This document shows, piece after piece, positions 1-8,835 of a DNA stretch of 64,000 nt (positions within the stretch are counted from its first letter, which is position 1; every line of letters starts with the position of its first letter). The translations under genes and the position numbers were made by a program. The DNA comes from Vicinamibacteria bacterium. Its GTDB lineage: Bacteria > Acidobacteriota > Vicinamibacteria > Marinacidobacterales > Marinacidobacteraceae. The stretch covers positions 2,284,157-2,348,156 of the forward strand of contig OZ241322.1 in the NCBI GenBank assembly GCA_965199715.1. Direction: 5' to 3'. The notes beneath the pieces were generated by a model that saw only the letters and a program-made list of their open reading frames with translations, was not told the DNA's origin and did no database searches.

Positions 1-1202
1 TGGGTCAGGTAGTCGGCGCGGTCCACCTGAACGCGGGAATCGGCCAAGACACGCCGAATCTTGTCTCGATGTTCCCCTTGTGCGGTCAAGTCTTGACCGC
101 AAACACACGTGCCCTGATCGAGCAGGCCCTCGACGAACGCAAGATGGCGGACTGGAATCGTGCCGTCGTCGTACAGTGGCTGCAGGCAATGGCAGACGTG
201 TGCGATCTCTCGGGAAGCCAGCGCGGCCAGCAGTTCGACGGAGCCGATCGTGTTGGAGAGGGCTACCGCCGCCTCCCGTCGGTCCGCACGTGCTCGGAGT
301 ATGCGTTCCTCGTGCTCCTTTTTCCGGGCGAGAAGCTCGTCGTGGGCCCCGAGTCGGCTGATGCGGGCCTCGAGTTGGCCCCGCTGCTGCGCCAGATCAT
401 CGTCGATGTCGGTCTTCTCCTTTCTGTTCCGCTCCACTCGCTCCTCCAGCGCCTTGTTCGCCTGTCGGAGGCCATCCAATTCGTCCTGCTTGGCGTCCAG
501 ATCGTGGTCTCGCGCCGCCTTGGTCGCTTGCCGGCCCAGATCATGTTCGATGGACCGAATTCGTCCTGCGGCTTCCTCGAATACCTCGAGGCCCAAGAGT
601 GAGCGTACGGCGTAGGACGTCTTGGCGATGACGTCTTGTCGCCGGAGGCTCTTGTTCTCGCTTCCACCCACGAAATCGGCGGCCTCGTCCGCATCCATCA
701 CGAAGAAATCGCGCAGCTCCCAAGGCAACAGCTCCCGAATCATGGAATCGACGCCGTGTTCGTACGGCATCCAGCCGTCTTCCTCCTTTACGAGGAGCTG
801 CGTCGATTCGTTGACCCGGTGGTAGTCCGGGTCTCCCGTCTCGGTGCCGCTTCGGGCCAGTGTCGTGACGGATCGGTGCAATTCGTATTCGGTCGTCGCC
901 GGACCAGACTCGGGATGGTGGCGGGTCGAACCATCGGTCTCGAAGAGAATGGAGACACGGGTCTCGACTCCTGCGGCGTCCGGCTCCCACGATGCTGGGT
1001 GGAGGGAGAACTCGGCCGGGTTGCCGGGCAACCCCCTCTCTCCGTACATCCCCCATCGGATCGCTCGCAGCAGAGTGGTCTTTCCGGATCCGTTCTCCGC
1101 CCGTACCACCGTAAGGGGTTTGTTCCGGTCAGTGGACGGGAACAGTCTGAGGCGATCGAAGCACACGAAGTTCGTGATTTCGATTCGACGAATCAGCAGC
1201 AT
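1..1202 (-). CDS. dndD: SMC/Rad50-like AAA ATPase, DndD-like (runs off the left edge, 3' end missing)
   Basis: Not in the ORF track; hand-translated from ATG 1202: MLLIRRIEITNFVCFDRLRL..., Walker A AENGSGKTT, LRDFFVMDAD, a coiled-coil segment and a CVCG zinc-hook-like motif at ~96-107. The start overlaps the upstream stop (TGATG). Confidence 0.8.
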   Translation of the reverse strand, partial: MLLIRRIEITNFVCFDRLRLFPSTDRNKPLTVVRAENGSGKTTLLRAIRWGMYGERGLPGNPAEFSLHPASWEPDAAGVETRVSILFETDGSTRHHPESGPATTEYELHRSVTTLARSGTETGDPDYHRVNESTQLLVKEEDGWMPYEHGVDSMIRELLPWELRDFFVMDADEAADFVGGSENKSLRRQDVIAKTSYAVRSLLGLEVFEEAAGRIRSIEHDLGRQATKAARDHDLDAKQDELDGLRQANKALEERVERNRKEKTDIDDDLAQQRGQLEARISRLGAHDELLARKKEHEERILRARADRREAAVALSNTIGSVELLAALASREIAHVCHCLQPLYDDGTIPVRHLAFVEGLLDQGTCVCGQDLTAQGEHRDKIRRVLADSRVQVDRADYLT

Positions 1203-1423
1203 CAGGAACTCTCCGGTGGGTGGGGCCGCTTCACAGCGCTCTCGATCAGGGATCGAATTTCCTGGCGAATTCTCGGATGGGCCTTGATCCGATGCTGGTC
1301 CTCAAGATCAACGATTTCCATGACGAGCTTTACGACGTCCTCCGGGTCAAGTTTGTACGAGGGGGCGAGCCGACTCGCCTCTCTTCGGATCTCCGCAAGG
1401 AGTCGCTCAAAGTTGCTTACCAT
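1202..1423 (-). CDS. Small (73 aa) protein associated with the DNA-modification ATPase
   Basis: MVSNFERLLAEIRREASRLAPSYKLDPEDVVKLVMEIVDLEDQHRIKAHPRIRQEIRSLIESAV...; helical-looking, translationally coupled to the helicase and to the ATPase. Confidence 0.7.
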   Translation of the reverse strand: MVSNFERLLAEIRREASRLAPSYKLDPEDVVKLVMEIVDLEDQHRIKAHPRIRQEIRSLIESAVKRPHPPESS

Positions 1424-3621
1424 GGCCTTCCCTTCGGCGTGGTCGTGGCCACCCAGTGCTCGTGAGGGCCGCTGAGGAGTGGGGGCCGTGCGCCTCCGAG
1501 TGGCCAGTAGGCTTGTGTGAGGCGCTCCAGATCGGCGGCGACCCCGTTCGGCCCCGCAAGGTTCTCGGCGTACCGTCCGAAGGCTTGGGCTCGGCTCAGT
1601 TCGGTTCGGACGATTCCCGCCACGGAGGGGTTTCCGTCGCTTCGAACCACGGACACCGGCGGCAGCCCGAGGAAATCGTGGACGATCGCTCTCGGCTTCG
1701 ACGGGTGCATGCGCAGGACCCGGCCTCGCCGCTGTACCCACTCTCGCTCGACGGTTGACGATGCGACGATGAACGCCTCTCGGACGCTTGGGATATCGAC
1801 CCCCTCGTCAAGTACGCGCTTGGCGAGAAGCACTTGGATTGCCCCCTCGGTGAACGAGTCAAGCACCCTCGCCAAGAGTCGAGGCTTCGCTGTCGTGTCC
1901 TGCGTGACTTGTGACCACCGAACACCGAGTTCGGTCAACACGCGCCCGATGTCTGTGAACTGGCTGGGTCGTTTCGCCGAGGCGTAGATGAGCGTGTGCT
2001 CAAGTTCGCTCGGCTCCCGGCGCAGCAATACAACCCGCAGCAAATCGATCTTCGTTTGCGCGGTCTCGACGATGCGCCGGCGTGCGATGAGGAGCCGTCG
2101 CACGGCCTCATCTCCATCGTCGGACGCCATCGCTGCGCCGATGCGCTGGCTCAGGCGCTCGAACTCCTCAAGCTCGTCTCCGCCCAGAGTACAGGCGTGC
2201 ACGTAGTACCGGTAAGGCACCAGGCAGAACCCAATCGCTCGGTCCAAGCCGAACTCGTACGCTGTTTTTCCGAAGAAATCGAAGATGGCCTCGGTCCCGT
2301 CGGGGTCGTATTGCCGCTCCGGCGTGGCGGACAGCGCAAGGCGCCTCTGGAAGAACTCCGGCTTGTTCTGGACGAACGAGTCCGCTCCAAGCGTGTGCGC
2401 CTCATCGCCGATGAGCATCGTCTCGACCGGTTCAGGCGCCGACCGGAGCTTCTGCTCCACCGTCCTCTGGAATCGCGCCGAGCAGAGCAGCCTGTTCGTC
2501 GCGACAACTACATGAGTTCCACCTCGCCGGAGGCTCCGGAAGAGTTGTGTGAGCTGCCTGTCAACGTCGCCGAGGCTCGGCGCGATCGCCTTCATGCCGA
2601 ACTTCTTCACCTCGTCGCGCCACTGCAACACGAGCGGAACCGAAGGAGCCGAGATCACGACCAAGAATGCTTGGTGGTTCTTGAGGCGATCCTGGCAGCG
2701 GGCGGCGCAGATCAGCGCAGTGAGCGTCTTTCCCGCTCCAGTGGCCATCGCGATCACGCCGGTCTCGGGAGCTTCACCGCCTTCCCAAGCCTCTACCGCC
2801 TCCCCTTGATGAGCATACGGACCCGTCCTCCACTCAAGACCTGACGGGATGCGCAGCCGGCGGACCGGGAGTGGCGCTGGTGCGGGAAGGGGATTCGGGG
2901 GCCGAATGAGGCGCTCGTAGTCGGCTGGTCTCGGGGCGGTTTCCGGCGCTGCCCGGATGATGTCCTCGCGCAGGGCGTCCGGTAGGTCCAGAACCCGGTG
3001 GATGCCGGCGCTCTCACCTTTCGTCCAGTCGCTCAGCGTCTTCAGGCCGGTGTGCACCCGTGCGGCGCTGTCAGCCACCCAAGAGACGTCCACGTCAAGG
3101 TGCTCGACGCCAGCAGCGACGCCTCGGCCCGTCGCGTTGCCGGAGCCTCGAGCCAGTACCTGATTGGTGCCGTCGTCAAACAGCCAAAGCTTCGGGTGGT
3201 AGTTGGACTCCGGTGTCGGGACGGCGATTCGCAGGCGAAGGCGATTCGTGGCGATCATCCAGGAGAGGCAGTCCAGCGCGTGACGTGCGAGGCCGCCGCT
3301 CGTGGGTCGGCCGCGCAGGAAGACGTGGCCCACCAGCTCAGCCGCCTGCGTGTCGCTCATCTGCACTCCGCGCTCGATCGCCGAACGCTCGTCGGGGAAC
3401 AGCGCCGGAGCGACGGTGAACTCCAACGGCTTGGCGTTCTCTCGGTTGAGGTAGAGGGCGAGGCCCGGCGCCAGTTGCCCGATCCAACCAGCCGTGAACC
3501 ATCCGAATGCGCCCTTGACCGATGTCGCGGCGCGGAACCCGGGAATGAGCACTTGAGCGGCCACGGGCTCGTCCGGGAGCCTGTAGAGCCTTGGCTCCAG
3601 TGTGCGCTCGTCCGAGAGCAT
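1417..3621 (-). CDS. PLD-like nuclease + SF2 (DEAH) helicase; resembles dnd-associated restriction enzymes
   Basis: N-terminal YHPKLWLFDD...GSGNAT (HxK PLD-type motif), then ATGAGKT, DEAH, LSATPER, DEGVDIP, QRRGRVLR. Likely start ATG 3621, 2 nt after the upstream stop. Confidence 0.85.
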   Translation of the reverse strand: MLSDERTLEPRLYRLPDEPVAAQVLIPGFRAATSVKGAFGWFTAGWIGQLAPGLALYLNRENAKPLEFTVAPALFPDERSAIERGVQMSDTQAAELVGHVFLRGRPTSGGLARHALDCLSWMIATNRLRLRIAVPTPESNYHPKLWLFDDGTNQVLARGSGNATGRGVAAGVEHLDVDVSWVADSAARVHTGLKTLSDWTKGESAGIHRVLDLPDALREDIIRAAPETAPRPADYERLIRPPNPLPAPAPLPVRRLRIPSGLEWRTGPYAHQGEAVEAWEGGEAPETGVIAMATGAGKTLTALICAARCQDRLKNHQAFLVVISAPSVPLVLQWRDEVKKFGMKAIAPSLGDVDRQLTQLFRSLRRGGTHVVVATNRLLCSARFQRTVEQKLRSAPEPVETMLIGDEAHTLGADSFVQNKPEFFQRRLALSATPERQYDPDGTEAIFDFFGKTAYEFGLDRAIGFCLVPYRYYVHACTLGGDELEEFERLSQRIGAAMASDDGDEAVRRLLIARRRIVETAQTKIDLLRVVLLRREPSELEHTLIYASAKRPSQFTDIGRVLTELGVRWSQVTQDTTAKPRLLARVLDSFTEGAIQVLLAKRVLDEGVDIPSVREAFIVASSTVEREWVQRRGRVLRMHPSKPRAIVHDFLGLPPVSVVRSDGNPSVAGIVRTELSRAQAFGRYAENLAGPNGVAADLERLTQAYWPLGGARPPLLSGPHEHWVATTTPKGRPW

Positions 3622-3623
3622 CG

Positions 3624-5573
3624 CTAGGACGGTCGGCGCCGGCGGAGCATGCGCTGCAAGAGGGCGTCCGCATCGCCCACCTGATTCGCTTCCGTCGATG
3701 CGTCGCCGGAGCTCAGTTTCGCGGAACCGGGGCCGAGGATTGTCACTCTGGCCCGGTCGCCCGGTTGAAGGCCGAGGCGCCGCAACGGCCCTGAGACGTA
3801 GCCGAGCGTTGCGCCGGTCGGGGAAGCCAGCTTCCATCGCAACGACATTTCCCGACAGCCAATGGGACTCTCCAACGAGACCGCCACGCCGGAATCGGGC
3901 TCGCATCCGAGCGCCTTGGCGATCTCCCCGGGAACCCCGGTCACGCTGTGGCCCTCGAAGTAGCGGCCATCCACGACGAAGCTCCAGTAGGGTGCGCCCT
4001 CGTCGTCATGTCCGTGCACTACGTCGTCCAACGGCCTTAGCTGGACGGAGGAGGCGCTGGCCAGACTGATCATCCCGTCACGCACCGAGAAGCGAGCAGT
4101 CTTCATGTATGCCTCAACGCTCGTGGCCTGAACGCCGAATTTGGCGGGAATCTCCGCCAGTAGCCTCTTGGTCGTCGTGACGCCTCCGTCCTCGTCGATT
4201 CGCTGGATGATCTCGCCGACGATGCCGTCGTATTCATCGTCGATCCACTCCTTGAGTCCCCAACGTTCCTTGTCGGCTCGCACGACGCTCGGAACGCTGG
4301 AGAGCGTGGCACCGACTCGAAGGGGATCAGCGATCCCGGAAGCGGCGGCGATTTCGGCCTTCGTGGCGGGTCTTCCGATGGAGATCAGAGCTGCTTTGGC
4401 CCGTGCTTTGGCTGTATCCCGACGCGCTAGCAGCCCACGGATACGGTGCAGTCGATTGTGTCGGAGCAGCCAGTCCCAGAATCGCTCTCGGTAGTCCTCC
4501 GGGACATGCTGCATCAGAGCAGCCTCGACGATAAGGCCCACATCGTCTGCGAGCTCACCAACGCCATTCTGGAACTCCGAGAGGAACTGCCGACCGCGCT
4601 CATCAACGAAGACACCGGCTTCCAGCGAGTACCGCATGGCGTCCAGCAACGCGCTTTGGAATAGGCGGGTAGTGATCTGGTCTTCATCCGGCGAGATGTC
4701 GTCGAGGACTCGCCGCATGTCATTCTCAGACAAGATGGGATCGAGTTGGTCGTGGATCGTCGAGGCGACGACCCCCATCTCCGCACCAAGAGCGACACGA
4801 AGTTTCCGATGGATCTTTGCTTCCAACTGGCGAACGCGCTCCCGGGTCACGCCGAGTCGCTCGCCGAGCGCCTCCAGCGTGTCGCGCTTCTCACCGAGAA
4901 GTCGCCCCTCCAGAATCAGGCGATTCCGCTCGTCGAGCGCTTCCACCGTACGGCCCAGCCGCCGGATGATGAGTACCGGGAGGCTGGGAGTCCCGGCAGC
5001 GAGGTCACGAACCTCAACCTCTTGGAGAGCCGCTTTGACTTCCATCCGATCCGCCAGCACAACAAGTTCGGAGCACAGCGCCTCAAGGAGCGTCTGGGGG
5101 CCGCGCAGGTCGGCCGCAGTGGCGAGAAGCGTGCTGAGCGTGGGTGCGATCTCGCCCCAGCGTTGAGCGCTCTTCGGCAGCGCCTCTACTCGATCGGCTG
5201 ACGTCACGGCGGCCTGAACGTCTTCCATCGCCTGCATGCGATCGGTCAGGAACGTCTCGAGCGCAGACAGGAGATCCCGGAGTGATGTCCATCCGAAACC
5301 CCTCATCCGCAGCAGCTCCTGCACCGTGAGTGCGCCGTCGCCCTGCGCAAATTCCTTCTGCCGACAGCAGTTGGCCGTTCGCACCTTCAGGACGAGCCAG
5401 CGCACAGTCGATCGCTCGAGGCCGGGGGGCCAAGCGATGGCGTGGAGTTCGGTCCGGGTGCCCTTGCGAACTGTGCGCAGCGCTGCGGAAATGGCTTGCA
5501 GATGGAGCCGTGCGGCCTCGGCTGAAGGGACCACTGTTCCCAGCGACCCGTCAGGCCGCGACATTCGGCTCAT
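3624..5573 (-). CDS. Protein with RNA polymerase alpha-CTD-like, sigma-70 region 4 and winged-HTH domains
   Basis: VRTANCC...ELLRMRGFGWTSL (alphaCTD-like HhH); TLEALGERLGVTRERVRQLE (sigma70 r4); ISIGRPATKAEI...RWGLKEW (wHTH). Start uncertain (5597, 5573 or 5564). Confidence 0.75.
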   Translation of the reverse strand: MSRMSRPDGSLGTVVPSAEAARLHLQAISAALRTVRKGTRTELHAIAWPPGLERSTVRWLVLKVRTANCCRQKEFAQGDGALTVQELLRMRGFGWTSLRDLLSALETFLTDRMQAMEDVQAAVTSADRVEALPKSAQRWGEIAPTLSTLLATAADLRGPQTLLEALCSELVVLADRMEVKAALQEVEVRDLAAGTPSLPVLIIRRLGRTVEALDERNRLILEGRLLGEKRDTLEALGERLGVTRERVRQLEAKIHRKLRVALGAEMGVVASTIHDQLDPILSENDMRRVLDDISPDEDQITTRLFQSALLDAMRYSLEAGVFVDERGRQFLSEFQNGVGELADDVGLIVEAALMQHVPEDYRERFWDWLLRHNRLHRIRGLLARRDTAKARAKAALISIGRPATKAEIAAASGIADPLRVGATLSSVPSVVRADKERWGLKEWIDDEYDGIVGEIIQRIDEDGGVTTTKRLLAEIPAKFGVQATSVEAYMKTARFSVRDGMISLASASSVQLRPLDDVVHGHDDEGAPYWSFVVDGRYFEGHSVTGVPGEIAKALGCEPDSGVAVSLESPIGCREMSLRWKLASPTGATLGYVSGPLRRLGLQPGDRARVTILGPGSAKLSSGDASTEANQVGDADALLQRMLRRRRPS

Positions 5574-7068
5574 CACCCGGCGGGTGCGTCGCAGCACTGC
5601 GGATCAATCGGTGTCCCCTCAGAGAGAGACCCTTTTCCTGAAGTCGCCGGATCCATCCATCGCGAGTGCCGATTCGAGGTGTGTCGCTGTAGAGGCCCTT
5701 CGACTCCTCGATCCGGGTCAGACGGGCGAACTTCGGGCGCAACGGATGCTCGGGCAGAACGAACGCTTCCTTCCGGTGGAGAATCGGGGGGTTCCGGGAC
5801 GCTGCGTAACTTCTTTCCCGTACATTGAAGCTCTGGAGGTGCACCGTCAGGGAATCGCGGAGGGCCGGGTGAGGATCGGACTCGAAGTCCGGGTATGAGA
5901 GGTAGGACACCAAGGGTTCGTCGACGTGAAGCTTGACCACGTTGGCTCCGGCTACATGGCCGATGTACCTTCTGGCGCAGCCTTCGTAGAGCCTGAGCGC
6001 GAGGGGGAGCCCCTCCAGCGCACTCTTGTGGACGTAGATGGCGGTCGGCATGCGCTTCCCGACCGAGGACTGTCGGGCTGCCCTCGCAATCCGAGTCGGA
6101 TCTCCGATGGCCAGGAGCGCCCGGTCCGCCTCCTCGCACGCTCGCCGATATGTGGAGAACAGGCTTCTGAGGTCCCGCTGTAGGACGGTAGGCAGACGGC
6201 CCATGGGGACCCGCCCGTCAAAGCGGCTCAGCGCGAGGAAGAGCAACAATTCCTGAGTTCTCGCAGCGATGATGAGTCTCCACTGGCGGCGGTCGTGCGT
6301 GCGCTCAATGAGTCGAAATGCTCGGCGCACGCTCCCGAAGCGCTCGGCGATCCGTTGAGGGTCACTCAGCTCATCTTCCCGTGGGGCGCGAGCGTGGCGG
6401 TGGAAGAAGGCGATCAGGGGCTCCAAGAGCTCCCGGTGTTCCAGAACGATCGACACGGCGGTCGTGCGGCTCCGAACCGTGGTCCCCTCGAATCGGCGCG
6501 CCAGGAAGGCTGCCCGGTCGGTGCTGTCCCGGAAGACGTAGAAGACCCCCGGCGCTGCGGCGACGGCACGTTTGCCGAGCACGGCTTCGACCCAGTCCGC
6601 CAGCTCGCGCTGCTCGTAGAATTTCTGGAAGGTTCCGATTGACGTGACGCACCCATCCGCATGATGTCCGGTTGGGACAAGCCCCGTGGACTGCGAGGCG
6701 AGACGCGCCGAAACGATGAGTGCCTTTCGGGCGAAAGACCACGCCTTGCGAAGGCACTCCGCCCTCTCTATTGGATCCTCGATGACGTTCACGACGTATC
6801 CGAGGTTCACAATCTGGGCGGGCGCGCGGGAGTCAGGGCCTTGATGCGCCGGGTCCCACCCCCAGCTCTTGATGCCCCGACGGCGCAAATTTCGGACATC
6901 GTCACCGAGTCCGCAGCCGTAGTCGAACACACTCGTTGACGGTGTGATGAGTCCGTCCGACAAGGCAGCGGCGACCGGCCGGGAAAGGTCCAGGCGAGCG
7001 ATGGCGGTGCGACGGCGATTTCGGCTGAGCGCCGCCGCGCCATCCCGACACTCTGCGTAGCGCTTCAG
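5551..7068 (-). CDS. DNA phosphorothioation-associated putative methyltransferase
   Basis: RTAIARLDLSRPV, SAM motif VFDYGCGLGDD, GWDP, VNLGYVVNVIED, GTFQKFY, C-terminal LSYPDFESDPHP and NPPILHRKE. No good in-frame ATG near the expected start. Confidence 0.85.
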   Translation of the reverse strand: MKRYAECRDGAAALSRNRRRTAIARLDLSRPVAAALSDGLITPSTSVFDYGCGLGDDVRNLRRRGIKSWGWDPAHQGPDSRAPAQIVNLGYVVNVIEDPIERAECLRKAWSFARKALIVSARLASQSTGLVPTGHHADGCVTSIGTFQKFYEQRELADWVEAVLGKRAVAAAPGVFYVFRDSTDRAAFLARRFEGTTVRSRTTAVSIVLEHRELLEPLIAFFHRHARAPREDELSDPQRIAERFGSVRRAFRLIERTHDRRQWRLIIAARTQELLLFLALSRFDGRVPMGRLPTVLQRDLRSLFSTYRRACEEADRALLAIGDPTRIARAARQSSVGKRMPTAIYVHKSALEGLPLALRLYEGCARRYIGHVAGANVVKLHVDEPLVSYLSYPDFESDPHPALRDSLTVHLQSFNVRERSYAASRNPPILHRKEAFVLPEHPLRPKFARLTRIEESKGLYSDTPRIGTRDGWIRRLQEKGLSLRGHRLIRSAATHPPGDEPNVAA

Positions 7069-7946
7069 GAGGCCCTCTCTACGGCGTCTTCCATGATTTG
7101 GTCCAGATCGTCGTCGCGCAGGACACCCAATTCGAGAGCGCCCTGCAGCGCCGTCGTCCTTCTGCACAGGCGGCGAAGACCCTTGGAGGAACGCAGTTTC
7201 GTTTTCTCCGTCTTGTCTAGGAAACAGGCCAAGGCGCGCAGGAAGGAACCGCGGATGTTGTCGGACCCAAAGGTTGAGTTGCGGAACACGATCCGGTCCA
7301 CGAACTTCTCCCAATAGTCCTGACTGAGGCGCACGACGGCGCGAATCCGTGCGGCGCACTCTTCATCGCCACGACTCGCTTGCGCAACGATGCGCTCGCG
7401 CCACCACGCCCTTGCGAAAGGACAGTCCACGAAAACCGACCGATTGCCGCGCACCTCGGGCAGCCCCCCCAAGCGTCGGAGGACAGTACGCACACACGAA
7501 TCCATCAACTTGGGTGCCTGTTGGGATGAGTCGGCCAACGCGGCGTCGATGCGCTCGGCGCCGCCGGAGAGATTCCCGCCATTGCACGCCAAGTAGGCGG
7601 ACTCGATCCGCCCCTCCCGGATGTGAGTCAGCGTGAGATTGGCCCAGAAAGCAGACCTTGAAGCGGCGGCCGGGGTCAGCGCGGACCACATCAAGAACAG
7701 TGCGTGCTCGGTGTCACTCGGTGGGTCCTTGTACTCGTTCTCTGTCAATGGATCCGCCGCTACTGCCGCGCGAGTGGCGCCCATCCGGGGGATCTCGGTG
7801 AAATAATCCAAGAACTTCGTCGACTCGCACGCAGCCTCCAAGAATTCTCGCTGGGCATCCGATCCCTTCTCTCGGAGGAGTGTTCTCCGGGTCTTCGTGT
7901 AGACGGCGTCATCCAAGACCTCGAAGTCCGCCCCAGAGCCGCTCAT
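7065..7946 (-). CDS. Hypothetical protein (possibly DUF6339-like)
   Basis: 293-aa ORF coupled to the upstream gene by ATGA overlap. AFWANLT and RGNRSVFVDCPFARAWW loosely recall DUF6339 (unverified). Confidence 0.7.
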   Translation of the reverse strand: MSGSGADFEVLDDAVYTKTRRTLLREKGSDAQREFLEAACESTKFLDYFTEIPRMGATRAAVAADPLTENEYKDPPSDTEHALFLMWSALTPAAASRSAFWANLTLTHIREGRIESAYLACNGGNLSGGAERIDAALADSSQQAPKLMDSCVRTVLRRLGGLPEVRGNRSVFVDCPFARAWWRERIVAQASRGDEECAARIRAVVRLSQDYWEKFVDRIVFRNSTFGSDNIRGSFLRALACFLDKTEKTKLRSSKGLRRLCRRTTALQGALELGVLRDDDLDQIMEDAVERAS

Positions 7947-8818
7947 GCGCTCGCTGCGCCGTCGACTTCTGTCGTGGGCTCACTGGGAACGACCAGGGGA
8001 GTCAACTCCGTTGCGACCTTTTCTGGACGGAATCCCGAGTCACTCCAGTGCCCGAGCTTCTTCTGGCTCAGTTGATCCGCCAGCGATCGGAGGGCCGAGT
8101 GCGACTTCCATCCCATCTCTCCATCGTCATCGGCGAAGTCTCGCTGCAGCCGTGCCAGACAGGCGGTCACAATGTGGGTCAGCGTGTTGTGACGCTCGAT
8201 GGCGTCGCGGCGGAAGCGCAGGAACTTGTGCATGTCGCGATCAACCTTGACGCGAAAGCGGAACGGTTCCGTGTCCACGTCCACTTCTACATGTCCCTTC
8301 GGAGCCTCGTCATTGGTCTTCAGATGGATCAGGTGGAAGACTGAGGTCTGAAGTTGGAACACGTTGCCGACGGCAAGGCGGGACCCAGGCCTGAGCATGA
8401 TGGTCCGCTTGTCCCAGATCTGATGTACGTCATGACTCGCCGCGCTGAGACTGACCGATTGATGTCGCCTACAGACGATAAGCGGCGTGAAGAGTGGTGG
8501 TTCGGCGAGCTCCGCGTCCTTCCAAGCTACGTCGTGCTGAGGAGAATCGGACACGTGTATCTTGCGGTAACCGGACGAGGGCGCTGACACGATGCATGCG
8601 AACCGAACGGAGCCTGTCTTCACAAGGTTGCCGATCAGGCCCGCGTGTTGAGTGCGGTGGGTAATTCGAAAGGACGTTCGATCCTCGCCGGCCTCGAAAT
8701 CCAGCCAGTAGCGTCCGAGGGGAAACGAGGGGTTTCCCGGCTCCAGAATAGGGTGGTCGTGCGAGCGCACCGCGTTAGTGAACTGAGGTTCGACGACCGT
8801 GATTTGCGTGATCGCCAT
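7943..8818 (-). CDS. Hypothetical protein
   Basis: 291-aa ORF in the operon; HDHPILEPGNPSFP N-terminus, beta-rich; ATGA overlap with the next gene. Confidence 0.75.
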   Translation of the reverse strand: MAITQITVVEPQFTNAVRSHDHPILEPGNPSFPLGRYWLDFEAGEDRTSFRITHRTQHAGLIGNLVKTGSVRFACIVSAPSSGYRKIHVSDSPQHDVAWKDAELAEPPLFTPLIVCRRHQSVSLSAASHDVHQIWDKRTIMLRPGSRLAVGNVFQLQTSVFHLIHLKTNDEAPKGHVEVDVDTEPFRFRVKVDRDMHKFLRFRRDAIERHNTLTHIVTACLARLQRDFADDDGEMGWKSHSALRSLADQLSQKKLGHWSDSGFRPEKVATELTPLVVPSEPTTEVDGAASA

Positions 8819-8835
8819 CGCTACCGTTCCGAGTC

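Noticed and set aside
3624-5573. Bona fide sigma factor
   Set aside because: Only region 4 is present; no region 2 core-binding or melting motifs.
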